Shown: piece after piece, positions 35,058-35,625 of the stretch
How positions within the stretch are numbered: the first letter of the stretch is position 1
How the letters are laid out: the number at the start of each line of letters is the position of its first letter
Source: a virus
Lineage: Duplodnaviria > Caudoviricetes
DNA: 35,625 bases
Virus record (IMG/VR): IMGVR_UViG_3300011444_000008
Location: 1 to 35,625 of that record
Reading direction: 5' to 3' (one strand)
Made by a program: the position numbers and the translations under genes
Notes under the pieces: generated by a model
Database searches by the model: none
What the model was told of the DNA's origin: nothing
What the model saw: the letters and a program-made list of their open reading frames with translations, nothing else

Positions 35058-35087
35058 CATTATTACAGATACCTAGATACCTGTCAA
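35058..35087 (-). promoter_or_regulatory. Sigma70 promoter with a tandem AGGTATCT repeat in the spacer
   Basis: TTGACA at 35087-35082; -10 region TAATAAT. Confidence 0.6.
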
Positions 35088-35103
35088 CATAAATATCCAG
35101 GTA

Positions 35104-35274
35104 TTAATAACCTTTCTTCTTTCCGTAGTTTGCTTTGCTTTGAGCGGGTAGATTGCGACAAGCGCCAGCCTCTTTGAATGTGCGAACCTCTTGCTTTTGT
35201 TCTCGGTCAAGGTACACGTTGTTACGAGTAGACAAGTAGCCGTCTGGCTTATCAGATACGTATTTAGCGCCCAT
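35104..35274 (-). CDS. Small basic protein, 56 aa
   Basis: Manual translation MGAKYVSDKPDG...; TAATG coupling. Confidence 0.55.
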   Translation of the reverse strand: MGAKYVSDKPDGYLSTRNNVYLDREQKQEVRTFKEAGACRNLPAQSKANYGKKKGY

Positions 35275-35390
35275 TATTTTTCCCCTTTAGGTTTCGGAAC
35301 GTTCAATTTCTTTTTGACTGGGACGTGCAAATGCTTCTCATGCTTCCCGTAGATGTCCTTCTCTGGTGTCTTGCTTGGCTTCTTATTCAT
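35274..35390 (-). CDS. Small Lys-rich protein, 38 aa
   Basis: Manual translation; overlaps the terS end; GAGG SD. Confidence 0.5.
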   Translation of the reverse strand: MNKKPSKTPEKDIYGKHEKHLHVPVKKKLNVPKPKGEK

Positions 35391-35502
35391 GCTTGCCCTC
35401 TGTAGTCTCAAGCCGTGATAGGCGCTCGTTAACCTCATTAAGCAGTGCGCTTGAACCGAAGAACTTGTGCCATCTTCGTTCTAATAGCCAAGCATCTGCT
35501 TG
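35383..35502 (-). CDS. terS: Terminase small subunit, 3' part
   Basis: Continues the 297..1 frame across the circular junction. Confidence 0.85.
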   Translation of the reverse strand, partial: QADAWLLERRWHKFFGSSALLNEVNERLSRLETTEGKHE

Positions 35503-35625
35503 CCAACGCTCAGGTTTAGCAGCAATCATGTCTGTGTGTTCCATGACCTTTTGCATCTCTGCCCGCTTTATAGACTGCAAAAATTCTGCGTAATCGCTGT
35601 CTATTCCCTCGTCTAAATGGTTGGC
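35503..35625. repeat. Terminal direct repeat / circular assembly overlap, copy 2
   Basis: Identical to 1-123. Confidence 0.97.

Noticed and set aside
1-35625. Alternative genetic code or stop-codon recoding
   Set aside because: Core genes are full length in the standard code and coding density is high

Overview
The window is an apparently complete, circularly assembled genome of about 35.5 kb (bases 1-123 are repeated exactly at 35503-35625) of a P22-like podovirus. Minus-strand modules encode a lambda O/P-like replication pair, a VRR-NUC nuclease, an M15 endolysin with a holin-like gene, a small terminase split across the contig junction, large terminase, portal, scaffold, P22-type coat, adaptor and nozzle, three ejection-type proteins and several tail-fibre proteins. 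A plus-strand early arm (4119-13800) carries an Arc/RHH regulator, a Sak4-like ATPase with an SSB, a Tad2-like protein, a DnaB N-terminal fragment, a serine resolvase, a WGR protein and many small ORFs. I found no integrase, CI-type repressor, canonical tRNA or CRISPR array. A secreted-protein moron resembles Legionella proteins, which suggests a Legionellales host (inference from recall, not a search). The most interesting signals are non-coding. (1) About ten late-gene leaders carry hairpins with A(N)GGA in the loop, the CsrA/RsmA site architecture. (2) A promoter-driven tandem array of three closed-stem ncRNAs is present, two of them ending in CCA like tRNA. (3) An antisense promoter, a TTGGCG-loop hairpin and a leader peptide sit upstream of rep, recalling plasmid copy-number control. 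All product calls come from motif recognition and gene order only; no database search was run.
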